From: Gemmatimonadales bacterium
Lineage (GTDB): Bacteria > Gemmatimonadota > Gemmatimonadetes > Gemmatimonadales > GWC2-71-9
DNA length: 64,000 nt
Assembly (NCBI GenBank): GCA_040877595.1
Contig: JBBDNM010000037.1
Location: 59,277-123,276, forward strand
Direction: 5' to 3'
Positions 1 through 8,996 of this stretch are shown here, piece by piece (within the stretch, counting starts at the first letter, position 1; every line of letters begins with the position of its first letter). Position numbers and translations under genes: made by a program. The notes below the pieces were generated by a model that searched no databases, was not told the origin of the DNA, and saw only the letters and a program-made list of their open reading frames with translations.

Positions 1-924
1 GATCCGCTCGCGATCAGCTTCCGGAACGCCGGGCCCGCTGTCAGCCACCAGGAGCAGCACGCCGCGCACGCCTTCCAACTCGGCGCGGCGCAGGCGCCGC
101 CGCGGGTCACCCGTCCATTCCTGCGCCTCGATGACAATCGCGCCTTGCGGGGTCGCATCGATGGCGTTGAGCAGCAGGTTGACCAGGATCTGTTCCAGAC
201 CGTGGGCGGGACCGCGGACGACTGGGAGCCCCGACGCCACATGCAGACGCAGGTCCTTGTCGCGCAGCAAGCCCTGCGCCGTGAGCAGGTCTACCACGCG
301 CTCGATGGTGCGCGCCACCTCTACCACGCCCTCGCCCCCGCGCGACGGCCGGGCGTAGTCGAGCAGACTGCGCACGATGCGATCAATGCGGTCGGTCTCG
401 TCCGTGATCTGGCGCGTCACCTCGGGGTCCACTCCGCGCCGCACGAGCACGTCGGTATAGGTCCGAATGGCCGCGAGCGGATTGCCGACTTCGTGCGCGA
501 TACCGGCGGCGAGGCGACCAACACCGGCGAGCTTCTCGGCCCGCACCAGTTCGGCCTGTGTGTCGAGCAGGGTTTCGGTCATGCCGTTCAGCCGTTCGGC
601 GAGATGCATGAACTCGGTGGTCTCGGCGTCAGGGGCCCGCACCGCGAGATTCCCCGCCGCGAGCTCGTCCGCGGTGCGGCTTAAGCGCTCGAGCGGGGTC
701 AGGACCAGACGGCCAATCAGGTAGCGGCCGAACACGAAGAGCACCGCCAAGTCGGCCGCGATCATGCCCAGCAGGGCGATCACGGCCCAGCGCGGCGACA
801 GCGCCTGCGCGGCGAGCGTGGTGACCACCGCAAGCGAAAGCGCCGCCCCCACGAGCAGGGACAGGTTCCAGAGCAGTTCGCGGGCGAGGGTGGACCGGCG
901 TGGCGTCACGCCGGAAGATGGCAC
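1..924 (-). CDS. Sensor histidine kinase (2 TM, HAMP, HisKA, HATPase_c); C-terminus runs off the left edge
   Basis: Absent from the ORF track because it is edge-truncated. Reverse translation from GTG at 922-924 gives VPSSGVTPRRSTLARELLWNLSLLVGAALSLAVVTT... It has two hydrophobic helices with a minimal loop, the H-box 'LAAGIAHEVGNPLAAI' (about nt 478-525), 'QILVNLLLNAIDA' and 'VADSGPGVP'. It starts 30 nt downstream of the pilin stop. Confidence 0.8.
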   Translation of the reverse strand, partial: MPSSGVTPRRSTLARELLWNLSLLVGAALSLAVVTTLAAQALSPRWAVIALLGMIAADLAVLFVFGRYLIGRLVLTPLERLSRTADELAAGNLAVRAPDAETTEFMHLAERLNGMTETLLDTQAELVRAEKLAGVGRLAAGIAHEVGNPLAAIRTYTDVLVRRGVDPEVTRQITDETDRIDRIVRSLLDYARPSRGGEGVVEVARTIERVVDLLTAQGLLRDKDLRLHVASGLPVVRGPAHGLEQILVNLLLNAIDATPQGAIVIEAQEWTGDPRRRLRRAELEGVRGVLLLVADSGPGVPEADRERI

Positions 925-954
925 GGAAACAGGGCCGACGGAACGACCGTCAGC

Positions 955-1347
955 TCAGGTGCAGGTGGGTTCGCCCTCGTTCACGGCCGGCGCGATCGGG
1001 GTTGCACCACTGCCGTAGAAAATGGCGCACGTCCTGGTGGTGCCGTTGTGGGTGGCGGTGGCGCCCCAGGCCGAGGCGGTGGCCCCTTGCAGCGTGACCG
1101 TGACGCCGGACGACGCGGCATAGGAAAGCCCCGCGCCAGGAATGGCGCCGCCGTAATAGGCCTCGTTGTCGGCCATATAACTCTCCTGCGCGGTCACCAG
1201 GTTGCGCAGGTCGGCCTTCATGGCGGAGAGGTACGCCTTTTCCTTCGTGTTCGCGAACTTGGGAATAGCGATGGCGGCCAGGATGCCGATGATGACGACA
1301 ACAATCAGCAACTCAATCAGGGTGAAACCGCGTTCATGCCTCGTCAT
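955..1347 (-). CDS. pilA: Type IVa pilin (PilA-like), copy 1
   Basis: 130-aa ORF. Short leader MTRHERG followed by 'FTLIELLIVVVIIGILAAIAIPKF', the class III signal and N-methylation motif with Glu at +5. Ser/Thr-rich C-terminal half. Two Cys flank a C-terminal loop (TCAIF...EPTC). Confidence 0.9.
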   Translation of the reverse strand: MTRHERGFTLIELLIVVVIIGILAAIAIPKFANTKEKAYLSAMKADLRNLVTAQESYMADNEAYYGGAIPGAGLSYAASSGVTVTLQGATASAWGATATHNGTTRTCAIFYGSGATPIAPAVNEGEPTCT

Positions 1348-1447
1348 GCTGACTCACCCAACGGCCGTCTCCGGCCTTGTAGTATGGTGGCAACGGACGA
1401 AGGTGGGGTGACGCAACCCAGCCCGTCACCCCACCAACCTCGTCAGG

Positions 1448-1828
1448 TCAGGTCGTACACTTCGGTTCGCCTTCGTTGTCTGCCGGAGCCACCGCCGCCG
1501 CGCCGCCAACGAAAATGGCGCAGGTCTTCGTGGTGCCGTTGTGCGTCGCCGTGGCACTCCAGCCGGTGCCGGTGGCCACGCCAATCGCCACGGTCACGCC
1601 CGCCGACGGCTGGTACTGCGCCGTGGTCAGCGTGGTCGAGTAGGTCGTGTTGTCCGCGAAATACGACTCTTCGGCCGTGACCAGATTGCGCAGGTCGGAC
1701 TTCATCGCTGCGATGTACGCCTTCTCCTTCGTGTTCGCGAACTTCGGAATCGCGATCGCGGCAAGAATGCCGATGATCACAACCACGATCAGAAGTTCGA
1801 TCAGGGTGAAGCCCTTGCGATCCATCAT
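1448..1828 (-). CDS. pilA: Type IVa pilin (PilA-like), copy 2
   Basis: The ORF track entry 1448..2695 is over-extended. The real start is ATGATG at 1823-1828, preceded by GGAGG (rc of 1835-1839). MMDRKG/FTLIELLIVVVIIGILAAIAIPKFANTKEKAY is identical to copy 1 over the N-terminal helix. The C-terminal 'ATATHNGTT(K/R)TCAIF...NEGEP(K/T)CT' block is shared. 126 aa. Confidence 0.9.
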   Translation of the reverse strand: MMDRKGFTLIELLIVVVIIGILAAIAIPKFANTKEKAYIAAMKSDLRNLVTAEESYFADNTTYSTTLTTAQYQPSAGVTVAIGVATGTGWSATATHNGTTKTCAIFVGGAAAVAPADNEGEPKCTT

Positions 1829-1912
1829 GAACCCTCCAACGGGTAGAGAAAAGTGGGGCAACGGATTCCCGGCATCCCTCTTCCCGCGAAGGATGCCCCC
1901 AGCCGTTCTAGC

Positions 1913-1927
1913 GCAAGCATCGTGCCG
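1913..1927 (-). promoter_or_regulatory. sigma54 (-24/-12) promoter for the pilin genes
   Basis: The minus strand reads 5'-CGGCACGATGCTTGCG-3'. GGCACG-N4-TTGC fits the TGGCACG-N4-TTGCW consensus with correct GG-N10-GC spacing. It lies about 85 nt upstream of the pilin-2 ATG, and a sigma54-type activator is encoded at 12865..14244. Confidence 0.55.
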
Positions 1928-2039
1928 CTGCATCAATGGCCCGGTTTTCCGAGCACTTCGGGCTCGCGGGACCACCAATCGGGCATTCAACGAGGGTAAA
2001 ATGCATTGCGTATGGCCGGATGCAAGACCCCGCTGCCCG

Positions 2040-3827
2040 TCAATTGCCCGAACAGGCGAGGCGGGCCGCGGCGGCCAGACGCCCCGCTCCCTGGGTTTGC
2101 AGGTTGCGGGCCAGCTCCGCGCCTTCCCGCAGGTCTTCGCACGAGTCCCGAGTCGGATCGCCGGGCATCTGCGCGGCGGCCGCGTCCAGCTGTTCGACGG
2201 CCGCGCGGGCCCGGCCGGCCAGCCAGGCGATGCGCGCCACGAGCAGCGCTTCCCACCACGGATCCACCCCACGCGCCCGCCGGAGCTCCAGGTAGCGCGC
2301 TTCGAGTGGCCCGACGCCAGCACGCCTGGCGCGCCCTGCGGCGGCAGCAGCAATCGCTGCGCTGGTATCACCGGCCCAGGCCAGCGTCGCCGAGAGCCGC
2401 TCGGCAATGACGGGATCTCCGGGGGCCAGCGTCCAGCCGCGCCGGGCTTCGCGCAGGGCGATGGCCGTGTCTCCGGTGGCCATGGCCGCGCCCCCCGCCT
2501 GGACGGTGACAACGGCATCCAGCGGATACAACTCAGCCGCCCACAGGTACTCGCGCAGGGCGCGGACCGTATCGCCGGTTTGGGCGTACACGAATCCCAC
2601 ACGCACGTGCGCACGGTAGTTCTCGGGGTGCTCGAGGTAATCCTCGATGACCACAGTGCGCGAATCGCGCCAGAAAGGGATGCGTGTCTCGACACGCACG
2701 GTCCACGCCCCCGCCAGCAGTAGTGCCCCGGCCAGCGCCAGACGCCCCTGCCCGGGAAACCGCTCGAGCACCCGCGCCGCGATCACGCCGGTCACCAGGG
2801 CCACGGCGATCGAGGGCAGATATAACGTCCGCTCGGCCAGGAGTATGCCCGTCGGAGCGAGAACGTTGGCCGTCGGACCCCAGGCGATCGCTCCCCCAAC
2901 GATCCCGCACGTGACCGCCGGCGCCGTGCGCCGGAGGGCCAGCGCCAGACCGAGCAGGGCGGTCACCACGGCCACACCGAGCGCGCCGGCCCAGGTGAGC
3001 ATGGTGGTCGGGACGATCATCTGCGGGTTGTAGTCGGCGGCGAGCGTAAACGGCCAGGTGAGCAGCCGCACGACCTCCAGCACGATCGGCAACATCGTGG
3101 CGAGGCGCTCGCCCGCCCCAAGGTTCCGCAGGGGCGCGGCTACCCCGTCCAGCACCATGGCGCCCGCGATCGCGTGCCACAGGTGCAGCCAGGCCAGGCT
3201 CACGACGCCGAGAGCGAGAGAGAGACCCGGACGCTGGGAACGCCGCCCCAGCCACGTGTCCAGCCAGATGAGTGGCAGCGCCACGATCGCGCTCTCCTTG
3301 GTGAGGAGGGCCGCAGCCACCAGAACGACGGCAACACCGTCCCGCCCGCGTCGCGCGGCAAGCATCGCACCCAGTACCAGTACGGTGGCCATGAGCTCGG
3401 CCCGACCCACGACGTTGGCGACGGCCTCCACATGCACCGGATGCAGGGCGAAGACCACACCGACGACGAGCAGCGCGGGCCCACCGAGCCATGCCGCCGC
3501 CACCAGCACGACGAGCGCCGTGGCCGCGGCATGCCACAGGACGTTCATGAGATGCGAAAACCACGGCGCCCCTCCGCTCAGCGTCCAGTCCACGGCGTAA
3601 CTCAAGATGATGAGTGGCCGATAGAGGCCGGGCGAGCCGTCCCCCACGGGCGGCCAGTACGGGGCGAAGAACGCCTCAAGGGCGGCGCCAATGCCGTGGA
3701 CGCGCGCATTGCGCTCGATTACGCTGATGTCATCGAGCGCCCAGCTGTTCGCCAGCGACGGCAGGTACACCACGAGCGCGACCGCTGCCGCCATCCAGGC
3801 CGCGCGTCCGACCGTCAGGTTCCGCAT
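2040..3827 (-). CDS. TMTC-like membrane glycosyltransferase: polytopic GT-C (PMT_2/DUF1736-like) N-domain plus C-terminal TPR repeats
   Basis: 595 aa with many hydrophobic helices. First-loop acidic motif 'NSWALDDISVIERN', then 'YRPL..LSYAVDW..SGGAPWFSHLMNVLWHA'. The C-terminal ~180 aa are Ala/Leu-rich TPR-like repeats. Paralog of 5278..7029. Start is uncertain (13-nt overlap with the upstream gene; alternative ATG at 3794). Confidence 0.65.
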   Translation of the reverse strand: MRNLTVGRAAWMAAAVALVVYLPSLANSWALDDISVIERNARVHGIGAALEAFFAPYWPPVGDGSPGLYRPLIILSYAVDWTLSGGAPWFSHLMNVLWHAAATALVVLVAAAWLGGPALLVVGVVFALHPVHVEAVANVVGRAELMATVLVLGAMLAARRGRDGVAVVLVAAALLTKESAIVALPLIWLDTWLGRRSQRPGLSLALGVVSLAWLHLWHAIAGAMVLDGVAAPLRNLGAGERLATMLPIVLEVVRLLTWPFTLAADYNPQMIVPTTMLTWAGALGVAVVTALLGLALALRRTAPAVTCGIVGGAIAWGPTANVLAPTGILLAERTLYLPSIAVALVTGVIAARVLERFPGQGRLALAGALLLAGAWTVRVETRIPFWRDSRTVVIEDYLEHPENYRAHVRVGFVYAQTGDTVRALREYLWAAELYPLDAVVTVQAGGAAMATGDTAIALREARRGWTLAPGDPVIAERLSATLAWAGDTSAAIAAAAAGRARRAGVGPLEARYLELRRARGVDPWWEALLVARIAWLAGRARAAVEQLDAAAAQMPGDPTRDSCEDLREGAELARNLQTQGAGRLAAAARLACSGN

Positions 3828-5353
3828 GGCAGCCGATACAATCCGGGCCCGTCGCGCAGACGGAAGTGCGGCTCGAACCCCGACACGATCCGCTCGGCCG
3901 GATCGCCGGGGCCGGTGACGGCCACGTGCGTGACACCGGCATGGCAGAGCACCGCGTGTGTCGCGGCGGGATCAAGGTTCACGGTCGATCGACCCGCCCA
4001 ATGAAACATGTGGGCGGGCATGGCCCGCCGGCCGGTGTACAGCGCGATCAGCGCTTCATCCGCGCTCGCAATCACGGCGTCGGCGGGCAGCTCCGCGTTG
4101 ATGACCCTGATGAGCGCCCGCATCGGCGCGCTGATCCCACGGGCCGTCGCCGCGAAGCCGCCGGTGGTCACGGACTGCCACTCGCGCGCGCCGCCCACCA
4201 ATATCGCCAGGGCTGCGAGAGCGGCGACGGCGCTGCGTGGCGCCGCATGGGGCGCCACGCGCCAGGCCGCGCGCAGCCCAAGGGCCAGAAACAGAAAGAG
4301 CCACGGCAACACGATCCAGATGAATCGGTCGGGCGCATACGGCCACAGTGCTACCATCGCGATGTACGCCGTGGCGCCGCTAGCCAGCGAGGGCGCCGAG
4401 CGCCACGCGGACCAGGCGCCCCATGCGATGAGGGCCACAAGCAGCATCGTGCCGGTGTACCACAGTCCTGCGCTCAGGGACGGGAGCAACAGGCGCATGA
4501 CCGGGAGCAGGACGCCCAGCGTCTCGACATGCACCAGACCGCCGAGGCCGGCCTGAGAGACCTCGCTGGCATAGGTACCGTAGTTTGCCGCGAGCGCCTC
4601 GGGCACGGCCGCGGCATGGCGCCAGACCCAGAGGGTCCAGGGCAGCACGATCAGCGCGGCCGTCCCTGTGCTGAGTGCCGCATCGTTCCAGCGGCGCCGC
4701 GTCAGGTAGCCGAGGGCGACCCCCAGCACGACCGCGATGCCGATCGAGCGTGTGAGTGTGGCCAGGCCGGCCAGCACGCCCACGGCGACCGCGAGTCGCG
4801 CATCACGGTGCGCCCGGTCGCTCAGGGCGATCGCCGCAGCGGCGAGGGCGAGGAACAGGGGCTCCGAGAATCGGACGCCCACGATCGTGAGCACCGGGAA
4901 CGCCACGAGGCCGGCTGTGACCAGCGTCGCGGACACCCACGGGATGAGGGGCAGGCGCCGCGCGTGCGCGGCGATGAGCCAGGCCGCGAGCCCCAGGCAC
5001 GCGGCGTCGAAAAGTTGGAACACGGCGGCGTTGTCGGGGAACTGCGGCCACACGCGCCACAGCAGGCTCAGCGCCCACGGATACAACGGCGGGTAATGGA
5101 CGGCGGGAAACGGCTCGGGCAAGTGGCCGTTCACGTACCCCTCACCCGTGGCGAGCGACCGGGCGAGGGAGACGTAGATACCGTCGTCGAAGAAGACGCC
5201 GATCAGCCCATCATGTTGCGCCCAGAGGGCGGCGGCGAACACCGCCAGCCCGGCCAGTCGCGGGCCCAGCGCCCGATTCAGCACGCCGGGTCCATGACGC
5301 GGTCGGGGGCGAGCGCGCGCACGCGTTCGGCCAAGGCGCGGTACTCGTCGCAA
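3815..5353 (-). CDS. GT-C fold membrane glycosyltransferase (ArnT/PMT_2, GT39/GT83-like)
   Basis: 512-aa polytopic membrane ORF. 'GVFFDDGIYVSLARSLATGEGY' resembles the first periplasmic-loop DD/DE motif of ArnT/PMT_2 enzymes. The start may be GTG at 5284, which would overlap the upstream stop by 7 nt instead of 76. Confidence 0.6.
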   Translation of the reverse strand: MRRVPRLGRTRARARPRPRHGPGVLNRALGPRLAGLAVFAAALWAQHDGLIGVFFDDGIYVSLARSLATGEGYVNGHLPEPFPAVHYPPLYPWALSLLWRVWPQFPDNAAVFQLFDAACLGLAAWLIAAHARRLPLIPWVSATLVTAGLVAFPVLTIVGVRFSEPLFLALAAAAIALSDRAHRDARLAVAVGVLAGLATLTRSIGIAVVLGVALGYLTRRRWNDAALSTGTAALIVLPWTLWVWRHAAAVPEALAANYGTYASEVSQAGLGGLVHVETLGVLLPVMRLLLPSLSAGLWYTGTMLLVALIAWGAWSAWRSAPSLASGATAYIAMVALWPYAPDRFIWIVLPWLFLFLALGLRAAWRVAPHAAPRSAVAALAALAILVGGAREWQSVTTGGFAATARGISAPMRALIRVINAELPADAVIASADEALIALYTGRRAMPAHMFHWAGRSTVNLDPAATHAVLCHAGVTHVAVTGPGDPAERIVSGFEPHFRLRDGPGLYRLPCGT

Positions 5354-7029
5354 CGTTCGGCCTCATGCGCGGCCTGGGCGGCGAGAAACCAGTACTGCCA
5401 CACCTGGGGAAAGCGCCACGCGACCTGTCGGCGCCATGTCAGGGCCTCGAGCGGCCGGCCTTCGGCCAGGGCCAGGTCGCTGAGCGCGATCTGCACGCGG
5501 TAATCCGAGCGCTGCAGCCGGCGCGCCTTGTCGGCGAGCATGCGGGCGCTGTCCGCCACGCCGGCCCGGACATAATTCACTATCGCGTTCGCAGCGGCAT
5601 GTGCATCGCTCGAATCCAGTTCAAACGCGACCGCGTAGGCCCACGCCGATCGAATCCACTGGCTGTCGCGTTCAAGCAACCGCCCGTAGTCCAACCACAC
5701 GCCTTTCCAGAGTGGATACACGTGGATGGCATTCCGGAAATGGTCTTCGCCCCGCACCGGATCGCCATCCATCCACACACTGATCCCTGCAACCCACCAA
5801 GCGCGAAACGAGCGCGGCGCGTCGGTGAGCAACTGCGTGAGCGTCGTGTTCGTATCACGCCAGGCGGGGACGCGGAGGCCTGAGCGGGCGGCGCCCAACG
5901 CGACCACCACGCCGATCACCGCCCACACGGTCCGGACCCTGGCGGCCGGCACCGCGGCGAGCGCGCGTTCCGCCAGGCGGCCGAGTACCAGCATGGCACC
6001 CACCGACGGCAGGTAGAGCGACCGCTCGGCCAGGAGCACGCCGGAGGGCACGAGGACGTTCGAGATGACGAGGAGCGTACCACCCATCCACAGGAGCCCG
6101 TAGGTAATCCATGGGTCGCGCGCACGCTCACGCCAGCCCCACCAGGTCGCGGCGGCAAGCACCGCGAAGCCGGCGAGGCCCGCGAGCGTCATACCGGTTG
6201 CCACGCTGAAGTGATCGGGACTGTAGTCCACCGACAGGGCGGCCGGCCACACGAGGAGGCGCACCCACTGCACAATCACCGGGCTCATCCCGATTACGCG
6301 CGCCCCCAACCCCAGCCCTTCCAGGCCGGGAGCGGGATGATCGCCGGCCACGTCACCCAGGATGCCGGCGCGCATCGCAATCCAGGTCCCGGTGAGCAGC
6401 ACGGCAATGGCGACGAGCCCCGCGTGCCGGCGCCCATGCGTACCGAACGGCTTCCCCGCCAACCGCGCGGAAAGCCAGATGGTGATGAGCAACAGGCCGG
6501 GAATCGCAAACGCCGTTTCCTTGGCGGCGAGCCCGACGATCAGGAAGCCGAGGGTCGCGAGCCGTGCCACGGAGCCGTTCCAGCGCACGGCGAGGACGGC
6601 GCCGAGGGCGGCGAGGGTCGCCAGCAACTCGGCGCGGCCCACGATGTTCGCAACCGCTTCGACATGCACCGGATGCACGGCAAACAGCCCGGCGGCGACC
6701 CACGCGGTGACGAAGCCCGCGGGACGGGCGAGGGACCAGACCGCCCAGGTCACGCCCGCGTGCAGCAGCACGTTCACCAGATGGAACATCCACGGTGCGC
6801 CGCCGCCCACGGCCCAGTCCATCGCGAACGTGAGCAGGGTCAGGGGGCGATAGAGCGCATCAATCCACCACGGCGCGGTGAGGATTTCCTGCCAGTTCCC
6901 GAGGCTGTGCAGCAACGGACGATTCTGGATGATGTGGACGTCGTCGTAGGCGAAGCCGAACGTGACCGTGACCGCGAACAACGTGATCGCGAGCGCCGCC
7001 GAAATCCAGCCGTGACGAAGCCACTTCAT
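5278..7029 (-). CDS. TMTC-like membrane glycosyltransferase (GT-C N-domain plus TPR C-domain), paralog 2
   Basis: 583 aa. 'FGFAYDDVHIIQNRPL', 'YRPLTLLTFAMDWAVGGGAPWMFHLVNVLLHA' and 'HPVHVEAVANIVGRAELL' are all shared with 2040..3827. TPR-like C-terminus. The ATG at 7027-7029 forms an ATGA overlap with the upstream stop. Confidence 0.65.
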   Translation of the reverse strand: MKWLRHGWISAALAITLFAVTVTFGFAYDDVHIIQNRPLLHSLGNWQEILTAPWWIDALYRPLTLLTFAMDWAVGGGAPWMFHLVNVLLHAGVTWAVWSLARPAGFVTAWVAAGLFAVHPVHVEAVANIVGRAELLATLAALGAVLAVRWNGSVARLATLGFLIVGLAAKETAFAIPGLLLITIWLSARLAGKPFGTHGRRHAGLVAIAVLLTGTWIAMRAGILGDVAGDHPAPGLEGLGLGARVIGMSPVIVQWVRLLVWPAALSVDYSPDHFSVATGMTLAGLAGFAVLAAATWWGWRERARDPWITYGLLWMGGTLLVISNVLVPSGVLLAERSLYLPSVGAMLVLGRLAERALAAVPAARVRTVWAVIGVVVALGAARSGLRVPAWRDTNTTLTQLLTDAPRSFRAWWVAGISVWMDGDPVRGEDHFRNAIHVYPLWKGVWLDYGRLLERDSQWIRSAWAYAVAFELDSSDAHAAANAIVNYVRAGVADSARMLADKARRLQRSDYRVQIALSDLALAEGRPLEALTWRRQVAWRFPQVWQYWFLAAQAAHEAERCDEYRALAERVRALAPDRVMDPAC

Positions 7030-8996
7030 GGCGCGGGGCGCATTAGGGTGAGCACGGGCAACGAGTCGGGCGTGGCGGGTGGTGGCGCCCAGCGATAGAT
7101 GGGGCGGTCGGCATACATGGACATCAGGGAGTCGCGCAGTTCGGGCAGGTCACGGGCGAAGACGATGCCGGAACGGAGGTCAGGCGGATTCTGCCAGCTC
7201 ACCGCGCCGTAGAGCGTGAACCCTTCGAGGTCCCGTTGGAGCTCGCGCCGGCACGCCGCGGACAGTTCGCGGCCGGCGCGAATGCGGATCCACGGATCCG
7301 GCCAGTCCGTGATCACGGGCGCCGTATCGCGCACGGCGCGGATCGCGCTGTCCAGCGCGAATGCGGCGGTCTCTGCGGTCGCCTGCTGTGCCCGCAGTGA
7401 GGTCAACAGCTCGGCGAGGTCGCACGACTCCACCGCGCGCGCCGAGCGTTCCACCCGGCTGTGATCCACGCCGAGCGCCCAAAAGCCGACGATGGTCCGC
7501 GCGCGGAAACTCTCCGGCACCAGCACAAGCGCCCGGGGCACGCCATTGTCCAGGAGATCGCCGCGAGGATCGAGGTTCATGGTGCGGAACTCGCCGCGTG
7601 TGATCTCGAGCCGCAGCGGGGCAATTCCCACGACGCCCCAGAGCACGGTGACGCAGCCCATGGTCCACACGGCCGCCGTGGCACGGAAGCCGGGGACATT
7701 CCGGTGTCTGACCCGGCGCAGGAGCCACAGAGCGGCTCGCGCCGTTCCCAGCACTATCATCGGGGCGGCGGCGAAATGCAGCCTCGGCCCCATGTACGCG
7801 CCGGCGTGCCAATGGAAGAAGTACAAGAGTGGGGCCGCGACCATACCCGCCAGCAGATAGCGGTCACTTGGATGTGCGTGGCGCGCTGCAAGGGCCCATG
7901 CACCAAGCGGGAGCAGGGCCGGAATCGGCCATTCGAATACGCGGAGGTGCAAACCGCGAACGACCGAGACCAGGTTCGCGAGTGCCATGCCGGGTGTGAA
8001 CGGCCGGCCCCACGGATCCACGTGGAATCCAAGACCATGCGCGGAACCCCACAACGCGGTGTAACCAAACGTCAAGGGATCGCCATGCAGTTGGGCGTTC
8101 ACCCACAGCATGGCGGTGAGGAACGGCACCGCACCCAGCACGGCCAACGGGATCGCATTCCACCGGCGATGGCGCACGACCCAGAGCGCGGGCGGGATTG
8201 CCGCGGCAACGCCGTCCAAGGGTCGAATGACCGTGGCGAGACCACCGGCGACGCCTGCCAGCACCACGTGCCACCATCGAACCCGCTGCGGCCCAAAGAT
8301 GGCCGCCCATCCCACCAACGTGGCAGCCACCGCCGGCATATGGCTCATGTGGGTGCCCGCCATCAGCACGACCCAGATGGACGTCACCCACAGCGCCACG
8401 GCGATCACTGCCGTGCGCCGCCCATACAGACCCTGGGCCACGCACCACAGCGCCAACGTTGCGACGAACGCCGACATCGGATTGACAAGCCACGCCATAT
8501 TGCCGCGCAAGCCGAGGGCAAGCAGCGCGGTCAGTCCCGGCGGGAACTGGGAAATCCAGCCCGCATCGGTAACAAAGGTGTGTGTAACAAGGAACGCTTC
8601 GGCGGGAACGGGCGCCGGCAGCGCCAACGTGCCGGCGGCAAAGGCGCTGGCATGCACCAGTTGCGCCAGCTCGTCCACCATCTGTGGTCGGCCGCCGTGG
8701 ACCCACAGGACCACGAACACTCCCGCCAGCGCGGTCCACAGGGCGGCGACCCACGGCACGGCGGGGCTTGCGGGAAGTGCGACACGGGGCGACCACGCTG
8801 CGCGTGCCCCAATGCGACCCCCAAGCGCACCCAGGGTCACCACCACCAGCAACCCGATGACCCACGCCTCCATGTGCGGACCCAAGGGGACACCCCGCTC
8901 GGGGGCGTTCACCCATTCGGGCACCGGTAGCCACGGCAGGACGAGCACTACCAGGCCCAGCAGGATCCACGCGGCCCGCATCGCTGATCCGATCAT
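7026..8996 (-). CDS. Polytopic membrane protein, GT-C (ArnT-like) glycosyltransferase candidate with C-terminal soluble domain
   Basis: The ORF track entry 7026..9350 is over-extended. The ATG at 8994-8996 (MIGSAMRAAWILLGLVVLVL...) forms an ATGA overlap with the stop of the sulfatase gene. More than 10 hydrophobic helices. Acidic-loop motif 'RPQMVDELAQLVHASAFAAG'. About 190 aa of non-membrane C-terminus. Confidence 0.5.
   Translation of the reverse strand: MIGSAMRAAWILLGLVVLVLPWLPVPEWVNAPERGVPLGPHMEAWVIGLLVVVTLGALGGRIGARAAWSPRVALPASPAVPWVAALWTALAGVFVVLWVHGGRPQMVDELAQLVHASAFAAGTLALPAPVPAEAFLVTHTFVTDAGWISQFPPGLTALLALGLRGNMAWLVNPMSAFVATLALWCVAQGLYGRRTAVIAVALWVTSIWVVLMAGTHMSHMPAVAATLVGWAAIFGPQRVRWWHVVLAGVAGGLATVIRPLDGVAAAIPPALWVVRHRRWNAIPLAVLGAVPFLTAMLWVNAQLHGDPLTFGYTALWGSAHGLGFHVDPWGRPFTPGMALANLVSVVRGLHLRVFEWPIPALLPLGAWALAARHAHPSDRYLLAGMVAAPLLYFFHWHAGAYMGPRLHFAAAPMIVLGTARAALWLLRRVRHRNVPGFRATAAVWTMGCVTVLWGVVGIAPLRLEITRGEFRTMNLDPRGDLLDNGVPRALVLVPESFRARTIVGFWALGVDHSRVERSARAVESCDLAELLTSLRAQQATAETAAFALDSAIRAVRDTAPVITDWPDPWIRIRAGRELSAACRRELQRDLEGFTLYGAVSWQNPPDLRSGIVFARDLPELRDSLMSMYADRPIYRWAPPPATPDSLPVLTLMRPAP

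Noticed and set aside
1829-2695. N-terminal extensions in the ORF track. Examples: 1448..2695, 7026..9350, 8993..10708, 16471..18096, 18835..19968, 25783..27702, 33998..36487, 36232..37563, 41094..42062, 41127..42344, 48014..50296.
   Set aside because: The extensions overlap upstream genes or the opposite-strand gene and are compositionally aberrant. Internal starts give canonical family N-termini, often with ATGA/GTGA/TGATG coupling or a Shine-Dalgarno sequence.
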